Below are positions 8,397 through 18,158 of a DNA stretch of 47,619 nucleotides, piece by piece. Under the pieces are notes generated by a model. That model saw only the letters and a list, made by a program, of their open reading frames with translations, made no database searches and had not been told where the DNA came from. The position numbers and the translations under genes are program-made. Every line of letters begins with the position of its first letter. Position 1 is the stretch's first letter. Source of the stretch: a virus (taxonomy: Duplodnaviria > Heunggongvirae > Uroviricota > Caudoviricetes); the IMG/VR virus record IMGVR_UViG_2541047828_000005, positions 1 to 47,619 of that record. One strand, given 5' to 3'.

Positions 8397-8867
8397 CTAA
8401 TAAAATACCCAATTTTCTGTTTCTTGGTTGTGTCCAAAGTTATATTCAATATCTGGTGTTGATGCATCAATATTCTTCATCCCATCAACAAGAGTTGATA
8501 CAACAGCCAAATCTTGTTTGATTCTCATTAAATGGTATTTCTTCCGGCGCAATAAACTTTCAATGGCAAGTTTCTTCGTTGGGAATGCAAAAGATCTTTC
8601 TGCATTTTTTGCTACTTTCTTAATTGCATATCTATTTTTCTTTTGTTTCCATTCCTGTAACCACTGATTTGGTGCTGGTTTAAAATTAACAATCCAATGC
8701 GCAGGAACCAACCATGCATAATGCTCTGTCTGATGAAAAGCTATATATTGAAGTGCGAATATTTTGATTCCATCTTCTTCAACTGTCGCCTGGAATCTCC
8801 AGAAAACAGGCATTCCATCATGTTCAGTTTCTGATTCAGGAAAAGGTACGCTCCATGATTTTGTCAT
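8397..8867 (-). CDS. Hypothetical early protein, 156 aa
   Basis: ORF in leftward operon; no family recognised. Confidence 0.5.
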   Translation of the reverse strand: MTKSWSVPFPESETEHDGMPVFWRFQATVEEDGIKIFALQYIAFHQTEHYAWLVPAHWIVNFKPAPNQWLQEWKQKKNRYAIKKVAKNAERSFAFPTKKLAIESLLRRKKYHLMRIKQDLAVVSTLVDGMKNIDASTPDIEYNFGHNQETENWVFY

Positions 8868-8930
8868 ATCTCACCTCAAATAATTCAGTGCAGTGTTTAT
8901 TCTGTTGTTTATGCCAAAAGTAAAGGCCGA

Positions 8931-9554
8931 CTATGCGGCCTCGGAAGGAAGTCCAATCATCTTATTCAAATCTTCTACCCGTAAAGCAGGAAGTGCTGTA
9001 CTTGCTTTATCTGCTTCTTCTGGTAGCAATTCTTTGCTTTCAGGCCAAACTTCAATAAGTCGCTTAACTGTTGTGACTGAGTTCAAAGCAGCCCATACAT
9101 TTGATTCGATATCCTTTTTCTTGGCTTCAAGTTTTTGTTGCAATGCGCAGATTTCATCAAACCTTTTTGTTATTTCGTGTTCTGCGCTAAACATGCATTT
9201 ATCTTTGGTCGGAGTAGGGAGCAATATATCTTCGCCGTTGCCGTCTTTCCCATATGAATGCCATCCAACCCTTCTGCCAGATACAGTCAGATAAATTGAA
9301 GTAGAACTAACATCGTATGAGTAAAATGAACATCCCATCTTTTCAAGTTCTTCACTTATAGCTACCAACTTGGATGATAACTGATCCACTTCCTCAGTTT
9401 TCTTTTTACCGCCAAACGCAATAACTCTGGCGTCAAGTGCAAGCTGGTTCTTTAACTTTGTTACTTCTTTAAGTTCAGTGAAAACCCCAGACTTAATTAA
9501 AGCGTTACGAGCGATTTCCTCTTTCATTCTCGTAGTTAAGCGGATTGATGACAT
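8931..9554 (-). CDS. Hypothetical coiled-coil protein, ~207 aa, directly downstream of N
   Basis: Start chosen at MSSIRL (GAGG SD) rather than track start 9614. Confidence 0.5.
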   Translation of the reverse strand: MSSIRLTTRMKEEIARNALIKSGVFTELKEVTKLKNQLALDARVIAFGGKKKTEEVDQLSSKLVAISEELEKMGCSFYSYDVSSTSIYLTVSGRRVGWHSYGKDGNGEDILLPTPTKDKCMFSAEHEITKRFDEICALQQKLEAKKKDIESNVWAALNSVTTVKRLIEVWPESKELLPEEADKASTALPALRVEDLNKMIGLPSEAA

Positions 9555-9615
9555 ATTAATTCCTCTCAAATAAGTGGTTTGCTGCCTAATTTCATTTTCT
9601 GGCGACCAACACAAG

Positions 9616-9999
9616 TCACCTCGCCGTCAGTTGTTTTGATTTCCGGTAGCCTGCCGCGTAAAGAGCTACATTTGGAAGACATACACCAGTTTCTGGTTGC
9701 CTATGCCCAAACTCATTCGCGTACACAATGGCCGCTCTCTCCAGATTGCGTCTGTATTCTTTCTGTTGCCAGATCACGTCCTGTGCCATGAACTTAATTG
9801 GCTTAGCGTCTTCTATGCGCTCAGGCGTTTCGTGAGTACCTTTAGCCTGAATCTGCGCTCTGCTTAGAGTAGGGCGGTGTAATACTTCTGAACTTATTGC
9901 TTCTTCGCGGGCCAGTACGCCGTTAGCTAATGCCTTTGCCTTTAAACGCTCACGACGACGAGAACGTGAATTGCCTTTGAACTGAGTTCTGCGTGTCAT
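9616..9999 (-). CDS. N: N-type transcription antiterminator (P22 gene 24-like), 127 aa
   Basis: Arg-rich N-terminal motif (TRRTQFKGNSRSRRRERLK) and C-terminus LPNVALYAAGYRKSKQLTAR resembling P22 gp24; AGGAGG SD; downstream of PL. Confidence 0.8.
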   Translation of the reverse strand: MTRRTQFKGNSRSRRRERLKAKALANGVLAREEAISSEVLHRPTLSRAQIQAKGTHETPERIEDAKPIKFMAQDVIWQQKEYRRNLERAAIVYANEFGHRQPETGVCLPNVALYAAGYRKSKQLTAR

Positions 10000-10164
10000 A
10001 TAGACCTCCTGATGAACTTTGGTGGTGTGGTAGGTGGGAGACCCATTTCGACCTGTTTCGGCCTACTTCAATTCGGCAATAGTCCCGCAGGCCTCGCCGC
10101 TTTACGTGCGACATATTCCTGTCCATGAACCCTTCACCACACCCCAAAGTTCACTTTGGTTATT

Positions 10165-10179
10165 GCGCTTTGTCAGCGC
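10165..10179 (-). promoter_or_regulatory. nutL: nutL boxB-like hairpin (GCGCU-GACAA-AGCGC)
   Basis: 5-bp stem with GACAA loop in the PL leader, matching P22 nutL boxB as recalled; no canonical boxA seen. Confidence 0.55.
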
Positions 10180-10247
10180 CGTAGATTCATATTCGAATCG
10201 TTGTATATTCACCGCCCTGGTGAGTAGTGCGTCCTGCTGATGTGTTT

Positions 10248-10310
10248 AGTATCACCGCCAGTGGTATTTATGTCAACACCGCCAGAGATAATTTATCACC
10301 GCAGATGGTT
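10248..10310 (-). promoter_or_regulatory. PL promoter with OL1 (10250-10266), OL2 (10274-10290), OL3 (10294-10310)
   Basis: Operators TATCACCGCCAGTGGTA, CAACACCGCCAGAGATA, TATCACCGCAGATGGTT match lambda; -35 TTGACA and -10 GATACT on minus strand. Confidence 0.85.
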
Positions 10311-10460
10311 ATCTGTATGTTTTTTATATAGATTTATTTTTTTGCAGGGGTGTGTGGCTTGGGAGGTGATCGAGAGATCTGAATTGCGATGTTTAGTGAG
10401 TTGTATCTATTAATTTTCAAATAAATACAATTGGTTATGTGTTTTGGGGCGAACGTGAGG

Positions 10461-10487
10461 CAAAGAAAACCCGGCGCGGTGGCCGGG
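10461..10487 (-). terminator. t-imm-like terminator ending the cI-side operon
   Basis: CCCGGC-gcggtg-GCCGGG hairpin with U-rich run on minus strand, just after stop of the 216-aa gene. Confidence 0.6.
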
Positions 10488-10492
10488 TTTAT

Positions 10493-11143
10493 TTATTGCT
10501 TAGGAGCTTGTTGTGATGACGATTGGTTAGTTGGAGCGCTCGTTAATGGTTGCTGTGTCGGTACCTGTATTATAATTGGAGCCGGGCTGGTTACTGATGG
10601 TGACTTGTCATTGCCGGAGATAATCCAACTTGAGGCTAACATCACGCCAGACAGAATCACAGTAACTAAAGTCAAGCCAACGGCCATCGCCCACTGAGTC
10701 GTTGTAAGTCCCGTTTTCAAACCGCCGATTTCACCTTTAATTTCAGCAATACCTCTCTCAATAGAAGAAAATTGCTGAGTATAATAGGTTTTAAAGTCAG
10801 CTGATTCGCGACGCATTTCCGCAGCAATAGACTCTACCTCTGATTTGTTTTGTGAAAGCTTTGCGTCAAGTTCTTCTCTGGACATTCCGCTCACGCTTAC
10901 CTCCAGGGTATCACTCTTCATCGCTACATCTTCCTTACTTGGGCGCAAACCCGTTTCGTCCATGGCGTATGAAACTCTATTTGATACCTTAGCATCAATA
11001 CCAATACTTTGGTACTGAGATGGATCCCCATAAGGAGAAACGGTTGTCGCTGCTAGGGTTGCACTAACTATAATACTTGGAAGAACTGATGATGTTGTTC
11101 CTGAGGTAGGTTGAACTGAAGAAACTGGCTTCAGTCTTTCCAT
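10493..11143 (-). CDS. Membrane-anchored coiled-coil protein in the rexB position, 216 aa (start uncertain)
   Basis: Ser/Thr-rich N region, coiled coil, single TM (TQWAMAVGLTLVTVILSGVMLASSWII), S/T/P/Q-rich tail; overlaps upstream gene by 13 nt. Confidence 0.55.
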   Translation of the reverse strand: MERLKPVSSVQPTSGTTSSVLPSIIVSATLAATTVSPYGDPSQYQSIGIDAKVSNRVSYAMDETGLRPSKEDVAMKSDTLEVSVSGMSREELDAKLSQNKSEVESIAAEMRRESADFKTYYTQQFSSIERGIAEIKGEIGGLKTGLTTTQWAMAVGLTLVTVILSGVMLASSWIISGNDKSPSVTSPAPIIIQVPTQQPLTSAPTNQSSSQQAPKQ

Positions 11144-11397
11144 AGCCCATTATCCCTGAGAGCTACCTGTAATGATTTTACTAATGCAACAGCTTGATCC
11201 GGGCTCATTGAGACTGACATGTTAGGGGTCAACTCAACTTTTACTTGGAAGCTATTCTTTCCTTGCTCATCAGACTGCATGTGATGCTCAAATTCATGGC
11301 GGTAAAAAGTAATGATTGTTTCAGCACGATCAGGCGTAATAAGAACTGATGTGGCGGTCATGTGCTGAGGTATGATTTTAATAGTGTTATCTGACAT
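11131..11397 (-). CDS. Soluble 88-aa protein in the rexA position
   Basis: Start chosen at MSDNTIKII with AAGGA SD 5 nt upstream; track ORF extends to 11538 without SD. Confidence 0.5.
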   Translation of the reverse strand: MSDNTIKIIPQHMTATSVLITPDRAETIITFYRHEFEHHMQSDEQGKNSFQVKVELTPNMSVSMSPDQAVALVKSLQVALRDNGLWKD

Positions 11398-11589
11398 AAG
11401 TATCCTTTTTGTTTCCTTAGTATTTTTTTGCATTGACATCAGAAATAGCGAATCCACAAGAGTATGAGTAAAGCTAATCAGTTTAGTGATACGGTGACTA
11501 TTAAAGTGGTAAACCACATCAAAGCTCGCAGAGTGCATACCAGGCTGTCACACATGACAAAGTAACGAGGATGCCTGATCTCATAGCGC

Positions 11590-11745
11590 TCAAAGAGACA
11601 TGCCGATAATGGCATTAACCACGCATGACGCCATAAACACGCCGCCAACGATGAAGCTGGCTTGGTTCTTCCTGGTAGCGCCAAGAGTCAACAGAACCAC
11701 TGAAAGGGCAAAAAAAGGTATCGCGATTATGCTGAACGTGTTCAT
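11590..11745 (-). CDS. Candidate 51-aa two-segment hydrophobic peptide just downstream of cI
   Basis: Found by eye: MNTFSIIAIPFFALSVVLLTLGATRKNQASFIVGGVFMASCVVNAIIGMSL; GAGG SD 5 nt upstream; may be spurious. Confidence 0.3.
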   Translation of the reverse strand: MNTFSIIAIPFFALSVVLLTLGATRKNQASFIVGGVFMASCVVNAIIGMSL

Positions 11746-11822
11746 GTTGACCTCAACTTATTTCGATTCTCCATCACCCTTAATCCGCCGCCCCATGTGT
11801 TTGTTGTGATTCGTTGCTGGCC

Positions 11823-12539
<717 letters not shown>

Positions 12540-12546
12540 TTAAATC

Positions 12547-12611
12547 TATCACCGCAAGGGATAAATATCTAACACCGTGCGTGTTGACTATTTTACCTCT
12601 AGCGGTGATAA
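12547..12611. promoter_or_regulatory. OR3 (12547-12563), OR2 (12570-12586), OR1 (12594-12610) with PR (-35 TTGACT 12584-12589, -10 GATAAT 12606-12611) and PRM
   Basis: Lambda operator sequences recognised; OR1 reads TACCTCTAGCGGTGATA (one base differs from lambda TACCTCTGGCGGTGATA). Confidence 0.9.
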
Positions 12612-12627
12612 TGGTTGCATGTACTAA

Positions 12628-12837
<210 letters not shown>

Positions 12838-12875
12838 GTAACACCGCTATTTTCACAATGGACATTCGTCCTACG

Positions 12876-12890
12876 TCGCTGACAAAGCGA
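12876..12890 (+). promoter_or_regulatory. nutR: nutR boxB-like hairpin (UCGCU-GACAA-AGCGA)
   Basis: Same GACAA loop as the nutL hairpin; located downstream of cro. Confidence 0.5.
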
Positions 12891-12975
12891 GTCCCAATAT
12901 ATCTGACCAACTAAGGCCATATGCGTTTCCACGCATACCTTTCAACTAGCTATTCACTATTGGAAATCATAAGAA

Positions 12976-13272
12976 ATGGAACAAACAAGTTACAGCAAAC
13001 TATCCCAGCGTGACGTTGATCGCGCAGAAACAGATTTACTCATCAACCTGTCAACGCTTACCCAGCGCGGTCTGGCAAAGATGATTGGCTGTCATGAATC
13101 GAAGATAAGCAGAACGGACTGGAGATTTATTGCTTCGGTCTTGTGTGCTTTCGGAATGGCATCAGACATCAGTCCGATTAGCAGGGCTTTTAAGTATGCA
13201 TTGGATGGAATCACAAAGAAAAAACGCCCGGCGGCAACCGAGCGTTCTGAACAAATCCAGATGGAATTCTGA
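12976..13272 (+). CDS. CII/C1-family transcriptional activator, 98 aa
   Basis: C-terminus [17 protein letters not shown] identical to lambda CII / P22 C1 as recalled; N-terminus P22 C1-like. Confidence 0.8.
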   Translation: MEQTSYSKLSQRDVDRAETDLLINLSTLTQRGLAKMIGCHESKISRTDWRFIASVLCAFGMASDISPISRAFKYALDGITKKKRPAATERSEQIQMEF

Positions 13273-13304
13273 GGGAATTACTGGATCAATCCACAGGAGT
13301 AATT

Positions 13305-13451
13305 ATGACAAAACAACTCAGTCCTTACCAGGACAAAATTCACAAACACATACTACGTGATCGCTTCCTGTCCAGCTTCAAGCAGCCTGGTCGATTTCGG
13401 GCTGAGTTGGAAAAAGTGAAGCTGATGCAGAAGGAGAAAGGTCATGAGTAA
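13305..13451 (+). CDS. Small protein, 48 aa (P22 orf48-like position)
   Basis: Found by eye; AGGAG SD 5 nt upstream; stop overlaps start of O-like gene. Confidence 0.5.
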   Translation: MTKQLSPYQDKIHKHILRDRFLSSFKQPGRFRAELEKVKLMQKEKGHE

Positions 13452-14343
13452 CATATCTAATCTAGCCGAAGCCAGAGAGGCCAGAAGGCTACAACAACCG
13501 CATCAAAGCAGCGGTAAGGGGTATGCCTTGCTGCACCGTAAAATTATGGATGTGCCGTTTTACAAGGACGCAGAAGCTGCGCATCTGTGGGTTCACTTAA
13601 TCCTCAAAGCAAAGCATACGCCTGAGTATGCAATGACTGACGCAGGAGAAATTCTGGTAGGCAGAGGGAAGCTACTTGGCGGTAGAAACTCTCTGGCGTT
13701 TGAAACAGGACTCAAACCAGATCGCGTTCAGTACCTGCTTAGAAAGTTCAAAAAACTCGGCATGATTGACTGGGTTTCACACGGTAAATTCTCAGTTTTC
13801 TCGGTAGAGAAATATGACGATTATCAGTCAAATTTTGTACCAGCAGATTACCAGCAAATTACCACCTCAAAGCCAGCAATACCAATGCCTGCAAGCAATA
13901 CTGTACCAGCAGATTACCAGCAAATTACCACAGATAAAGAATATAATAATATTATCTCTAATACTGACGTATTAGAGAGTGCCACAGCAGACAAAAAGTC
14001 TGACAAGAAAAAACCTTCCGTTAGCTGTCAGGATGTTGTCGATGCTTACCACGAAATCCTTCCTGAAGCGCCAAGAATCCGCGCACTGAATGACAAGCGT
14101 AAAAACCAGATCCGAACGTTCTGGCGCAAAGCCGGAGTGATAACCCGCCAGCTTGACGGGCATGGGTTCACGATGCAGGACTGGAGAAATTATTTGAGCT
14201 ACGTAGGCGAAAATTGCCGATGGATGTTCGAAGAGCGCCCAAACCATCAGCGAGGAACCGTCTGGCACAAAAAGGGATTTGATTTCCTGCTTAACGATAA
14301 TACCTACCTGAAAGTTCGTGAGGGTGAACACGATGACCGATAA
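13444..14343 (+). CDS. Replication initiator (O-like / P22 gene 18-like), 299 aa
   Basis: Position after cII; contains internal iterons encoding [10 protein letters not shown] twice; followed by DnaB-type helicase. Confidence 0.75.
   Translation: MSNISNLAEAREARRLQQPHQSSGKGYALLHRKIMDVPFYKDAEAAHLWVHLILKAKHTPEYAMTDAGEILVGRGKLLGGRNSLAFETGLKPDRVQYLLRKFKKLGMIDWVSHGKFSVFSVEKYDDYQSNFVPADYQQITTSKPAIPMPASNTVPADYQQITTDKEYNNIISNTDVLESATADKKSDKKKPSVSCQDVVDAYHEILPEAPRIRALNDKRKNQIRTFWRKAGVITRQLDGHGFTMQDWRNYLSYVGENCRWMFEERPNHQRGTVWHKKGFDFLLNDNTYLKVREGEHDDR
13838..13930. repeat. ori: Replication-origin iterons: two perfect 28-bp direct repeats (13838-13865, 13903-13930) followed by AT-rich stretch
   Basis: GTACCAGCAGATTACCAGCAAATTACCA repeated; AT-rich run at 13931-13960; lies inside the initiator gene as in lambda ori. 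Confidence 0.6.
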
Positions 14344-15769
14344 TTTTTATGCGCCGCCCCATAGCATCGAGGCAGAGCAGGCGGTGATTGGTGGATTGCT
14401 TCTGGATGATGACAGCAGTGAGCGCGTCCAGAAAGTTCTGGCGATGCTGAAGCCTGATTCATTTTACAGCCGACCACACAAAATCCTTTTCGAAGAAATA
14501 ACCAGAATGCACCGGGAGCAAAAGCCAGTAGATGGCCTGACGCTTTTCGATGAACTGGAGCGTAAATCGTTAACGGCGTCTGTTGGCGGTTTTGCTTATA
14601 TCGCTGAGATCGCAAAGAACACGCCAAGCGCAGCAAACATCGTTGCTTATGCAATGCAGGTTCGCGAAACCGCAATGGAACGCTACGCCATCAACCGCAT
14701 GACTGAAGCGACGGAATTGCTCTATTCCCGCAATGGAATGACTGCAACGCAGAAGTACGAAACTATTCAGGCGATTTTCACGCAACTGACAGACCATGCA
14801 AAAACCGGATCGCGTCGCGGCCTTCGCTCATTTGGTGAGGTCATGGAAGACTGGGTTAGCGACCTTGAGAAGCGATTTGATCCATCAGGCGAACAACGAG
14901 GAATGAGCACAGGGATCCCATCGCTGGACAGGATGCTGTCACCGAAAGGTCTGGTGAAAGGCTCTCTGTTTGTCATTGGCGCTCGCCCTAAGATGGGGAA
15001 AACGACGCTATACAGCCAGATGGCAATCAATTGCGCAGTGCATGAGAAAAAGCCCGCTCTGATGTTCAGCCTTGAAATGCCAGGTGATCAGATACTGGAA
15101 AAACTGGTAGGGCAGAAGTCTGGTGTTAACCCGAATATTTTTTACCTTCCGGCGACAAATGACGCCGATGACGGCTATCAGGGTGATTACGATGGTGACT
15201 TCAACAGGGCGATCGAAACAGCCAATCGCTTGAGTGAAATCGACATGCTTTACATCGACGACACGCCGGGATTATCTCTGGCTCAAATCGTCAGCGAAAG
15301 CCGTCGAATCAAGCGAGAAAAAGGATGTGTTGGCATGATTCTGGTCGATTACCTGACACTAATGACTGCTGAGAAGGCCGATCGCAACGACCTTGCTTAC
15401 GGCATGATCACCAAAGGACTGAAGAACCTTGCCAAAGAGCTTGATTGCGTTGTTGTGCTTCTGACACAGCTTAACCGCGCACTGGAAAGCCGAACCAATA
15501 AACGCCCATTACCAAGTGACTCACGAGATACAGGGCAGATTGAACAGGATTGCGATTATTGGGTTGGGATCCATCGTGAAGGCGCTTTTGATGACAGTGT
15601 TCCACCTGGTGAAACCGAACTAATCCTTCGTCTCAATCGTCATGGCAATACCGGCACGGTGTATTGCATTCAGGCAAATGGCGCTATTTATGACACAGAC
15701 CAACAGTCTGCTGAAATGCGCCGCCGTGAACGCGAGGAACCGCAATCCAAGAAGAAAGGAGGATTCTGA
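14333..15769 (+). CDS. DnaB-family replicative helicase (P22 gene 12-like), 478 aa
   Basis: Walker A GARPKMGKTT, DnaB-like motifs (LFVIGARP..., VDYLTLM); start at MTDNFY with GAGGG SD. Confidence 0.85.
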   Translation: MTDNFYAPPHSIEAEQAVIGGLLLDDDSSERVQKVLAMLKPDSFYSRPHKILFEEITRMHREQKPVDGLTLFDELERKSLTASVGGFAYIAEIAKNTPSAANIVAYAMQVRETAMERYAINRMTEATELLYSRNGMTATQKYETIQAIFTQLTDHAKTGSRRGLRSFGEVMEDWVSDLEKRFDPSGEQRGMSTGIPSLDRMLSPKGLVKGSLFVIGARPKMGKTTLYSQMAINCAVHEKKPALMFSLEMPGDQILEKLVGQKSGVNPNIFYLPATNDADDGYQGDYDGDFNRAIETANRLSEIDMLYIDDTPGLSLAQIVSESRRIKREKGCVGMILVDYLTLMTAEKADRNDLAYGMITKGLKNLAKELDCVVVLLTQLNRALESRTNKRPLPSDSRDTGQIEQDCDYWVGIHREGAFDDSVPPGETELILRLNRHGNTGTVYCIQANGAIYDTDQQSAEMRRREREEPQSKKKGGF

Positions 15770-15798
15770 TGACCATCTACATCACTGAGCTAATAACA

Positions 15799-15829
15799 GG
15801 GGCTATTTACACAGTAGCCCTTTTTTATT
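15799..15829 (+). terminator. Rho-independent terminator (tR2-like) between replication and nin genes
   Basis: GGGGCTA-tttacacag-TAGCCC hairpin followed by TTTTTTATT. Confidence 0.6.
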
Positions 15830-15853
15830 GGATTAAGAACGAGGGGGATCCTG

Positions 15854-16066
15854 ATGGACACCGTTAACGGAATGTGTTCAGACGCACCGCGTGCCAAAAA
15901 ATGTAAGTGCGGAAAATCACCGACAATATTCGACATGGAGAACGGGTGCCAAATCTACTGCGCTAACCACGCTGTTGTGGCGGCCGCGAATTATCGCAGT
16001 GCGGTAACGGAGTGGAATAACCTGAAATCTGTTAGAGAGGGAAGTCATGAAAAAACTAACCTTTGA
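15854..16066 (+). CDS. Small Cys-rich hypothetical protein, 70 aa
   Basis: CKCG...C..YC cysteine pattern; GAGGGGG SD. Confidence 0.45.
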   Translation: MDTVNGMCSDAPRAKKCKCGKSPTIFDMENGCQIYCANHAVVAAANYRSAVTEWNNLKSVREGSHEKTNL

Positions 16067-16487
16067 AATTCGATCTCCAGCACATCAGCAAAACGCTATT
16101 CACGCGGTACAGCAAATTCTTCCAGACCCAACCAAACCAATCGTAGTAACCATTCAGGAACGCAACCGCAGCTTAGACCAGAATCGAAAGCTTTGGGCTT
16201 GCCTTGGTGACGTCTCTCGTCAGGTTGAATGGCATGGTCGCTGGCTGGATGCAGAAAGCTGGAAGTGTGTGTTTACCGCAGCATTAAAGCAGCAGGATGT
16301 TGTTCCTAACCTTGCCGGGAATGGCTTTGTGGTAATAGGCCAGTCAACCAGCAGGATGCGTGTAAGCGAATTTGCGGAGCTATTAGAGCTTATACAGGCA
16401 TTTGGTACAGAGCATGGCGTTAAGTGGTCAGACGAAGCGCGACTGGCTCTGGAGTGGAAAGCGCGATGGGGAGATCGGGCTGCATGA
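16047..16487 (+). CDS. ninB: NinB (Orf-family recombination mediator), 146 aa
   Basis: Near-identical to lambda NinB as recalled. Confidence 0.9.
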   Translation: MKKLTFEIRSPAHQQNAIHAVQQILPDPTKPIVVTIQERNRSLDQNRKLWACLGDVSRQVEWHGRWLDAESWKCVFTAALKQQDVVPNLAGNGFVVIGQSTSRMRVSEFAELLELIQAFGTEHGVKWSDEARLALEWKARWGDRAA

Positions 16488-17011
16488 CTATCAAATCAAA
16501 TACGCCGGCACACGACAAGGACTGCTGGCAAACGCCGCTTTGGCTTTTTGATGCACTGGATATTGAGTTTGGATTCTGGCTGGATTCAGCTGCTAGCGAC
16601 AAAAATGCTCTGTGCGCTCACTGGCTAACTGAGGCCGACGACGCGCTCAATTCTGAGTGGGTAAGTCACGGTGCAATCTGGAATAACCCACCGTACAGCA
16701 ATATCAGGCCGTGGGTGGAAAAAGCCGCTGAGCAGTGCATACAACAGCGACAGACGATAGTGATGCTTGTGCCAGAGGATATGTCAGTCGGATGGTTCAG
16801 CAAGGCTCTGGAGAGTGTCGACGAAGTTCGCATTATCACTGATGGACGGATTAATTTTATCGAACCATCGACAGGGCTGGAGAAGAAGGGAAACAGCAAA
16901 GGCTCCATGCTGCTGATTTGGCGACCGTTCATCAGTCCTCGACGGATGTTTACTACCGTATCCAAAGCGGCATTGATGGCGATCGGGCAGGGCGTCAGGA
17001 GGGCGGCATGA
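16484..17011 (+). CDS. Orphan DNA N6-adenine methyltransferase (phage Dam-like), 175 aa
   Basis: NPPY motif in [14 protein letters not shown]; start ATG overlaps ninB stop (ATGA). Confidence 0.75.
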   Translation: MTIKSNTPAHDKDCWQTPLWLFDALDIEFGFWLDSAASDKNALCAHWLTEADDALNSEWVSHGAIWNNPPYSNIRPWVEKAAEQCIQQRQTIVMLVPEDMSVGWFSKALESVDEVRIITDGRINFIEPSTGLEKKGNSKGSMLLIWRPFISPRRMFTTVSKAALMAIGQGVRRAA

Positions 17012-17190
17012 GGCGACAGCGACGAAGCATCACCGACATCATCTGCGAAAACTGCAAATACCTTCCAACGAAACGCTCCAGAAATAAACGCAAGCCAATC
17101 CCAAAAGAATCTGACGTAAAAACCTTCAACTACACGGCTCACCTGTGGGATATCCGGTGGCTAAGACATCGTGCGAGGAAAACAAGGTGA
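17008..17190 (+). CDS. ninE: NinE, 60 aa
   Basis: [22 protein letters not shown]... matches lambda NinE as recalled. Confidence 0.8.
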   Translation: MRRQRRSITDIICENCKYLPTKRSRNKRKPIPKESDVKTFNYTAHLWDIRWLRHRARKTR

Positions 17191-17357
17191 TTGACCAAAA
17201 TCGAAGTTACGAACAAGAAAGCGTCGAGCGGGCTTTAACGTGCGCTAACTGCGGTCAGAAGCTGCATGTGCTGGAAGTTCACGTGTGCTCAGATTGCTGC
17301 GCAGAACTGATGAGCGATCCGAATAGCTCGATGCACGAGGAAGAAGACGATGGCTAA
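17145..17357 (+). CDS. ninF: NinF-like protein (true start may be GTG at 17188)
   Basis: [33 protein letters not shown]... matches lambda NinF as recalled. Confidence 0.7.
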   Translation: MGYPVAKTSCEENKVIDQNRSYEQESVERALTCANCGQKLHVLEVHVCSDCCAELMSDPNSSMHEEEDDG

Positions 17358-17955
17358 ACCAGCGCGAAGGAAATGCAAAATATGCAAGGAATGGTTTCAC
17401 CCGGCATTCTCAAATCAGTGGTGGTGCTGCCCGGAACACGGAACTCAGTTAGCACTCAAACTACAAAGTAAACAGCGAAAAAAAGCGGAAAAAGCAGCAG
17501 AGAAGAAACGACGACGAGAGGAGCAGAAACAGAAAGATAAACTTAAGATTCGAAAACTCGCCTTAAAACCCCGCAGTTACTGGATTAAACAAGCCCAACA
17601 AGCCGTAAACGCCTTCATCAGAGAAAGAGACCGCGACTTACCATGTATCTCGTGCGGAACGCTCACGTCTGCTCAGTGGGATGCCGGGCATTACCGGACA
17701 ACTGCTGCGGCACCTCAACTCCGATTTGATGAACGCAATATTCACAAGCAATGCGTGGTGTGCAACCAGCACAAAAGCGGAAATCTCGTTCCGTATCGCG
17801 TCGAACTGATTAACCGCATCGGGCAGGAAGCAGTAGACGAAATCGAATCAAACCATAGCCGCCATCGCTGGACTGTCGAAGAGTGCAAGGCGATCAAGGC
17901 AGAGTACCAACAGAAACTCAAAGACCTGCGAAATAGCAGAAGTGAGGCCGCATGA
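17350..17955 (+). CDS. ninG: NinG (Rap-like recombination protein), 201 aa
   Basis: Matches lambda NinG as recalled ([26 protein letters not shown]...). Confidence 0.9.
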   Translation: MAKPARRKCKICKEWFHPAFSNQWWCCPEHGTQLALKLQSKQRKKAEKAAEKKRRREEQKQKDKLKIRKLALKPRSYWIKQAQQAVNAFIRERDRDLPCISCGTLTSAQWDAGHYRTTAAAPQLRFDERNIHKQCVVCNQHKSGNLVPYRVELINRIGQEAVDEIESNHSRHRWTVEECKAIKAEYQQKLKDLRNSRSEAA

Positions 17956-18158
17956 CGTTCTCAGTAAAAACCATTCCAGACATGCTCGTTGAAGCATACG
18001 GAAACCAGACAGAAGTAGCACGCAGACTGAAATGTAGTCGCTGTACGGTCAGAAAATACGTTGATGATAAAGACGGGAAAATGCACGCCATCGTCAACGA
18101 CGTTCTCATGGTTCATCGCGGATGGAGTGAAAGAGATGCGCTATTACGAAAAAATTGA
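17952..18158 (+). CDS. ninH: NinH, 68 aa
   Basis: Matches lambda NinH as recalled. Confidence 0.85.
   Translation: MTFSVKTIPDMLVEAYGNQTEVARRLKCSRCTVRKYVDDKDGKMHAIVNDVLMVHRGWSERDALLRKN

Noticed and set aside
11600-11809. Plus-strand 69-aa ORF between cI and the rex-slot genes
   Set aside because: Opposite to the operon direction and without SD; the minus-strand 51-aa peptide with GAGG SD is preferred, though neither is proven
14304-15030. Minus-strand ORFs (123, 75, 87 aa) inside the helicase gene
   Set aside because: Antisense to a motif-supported DnaB-type helicase
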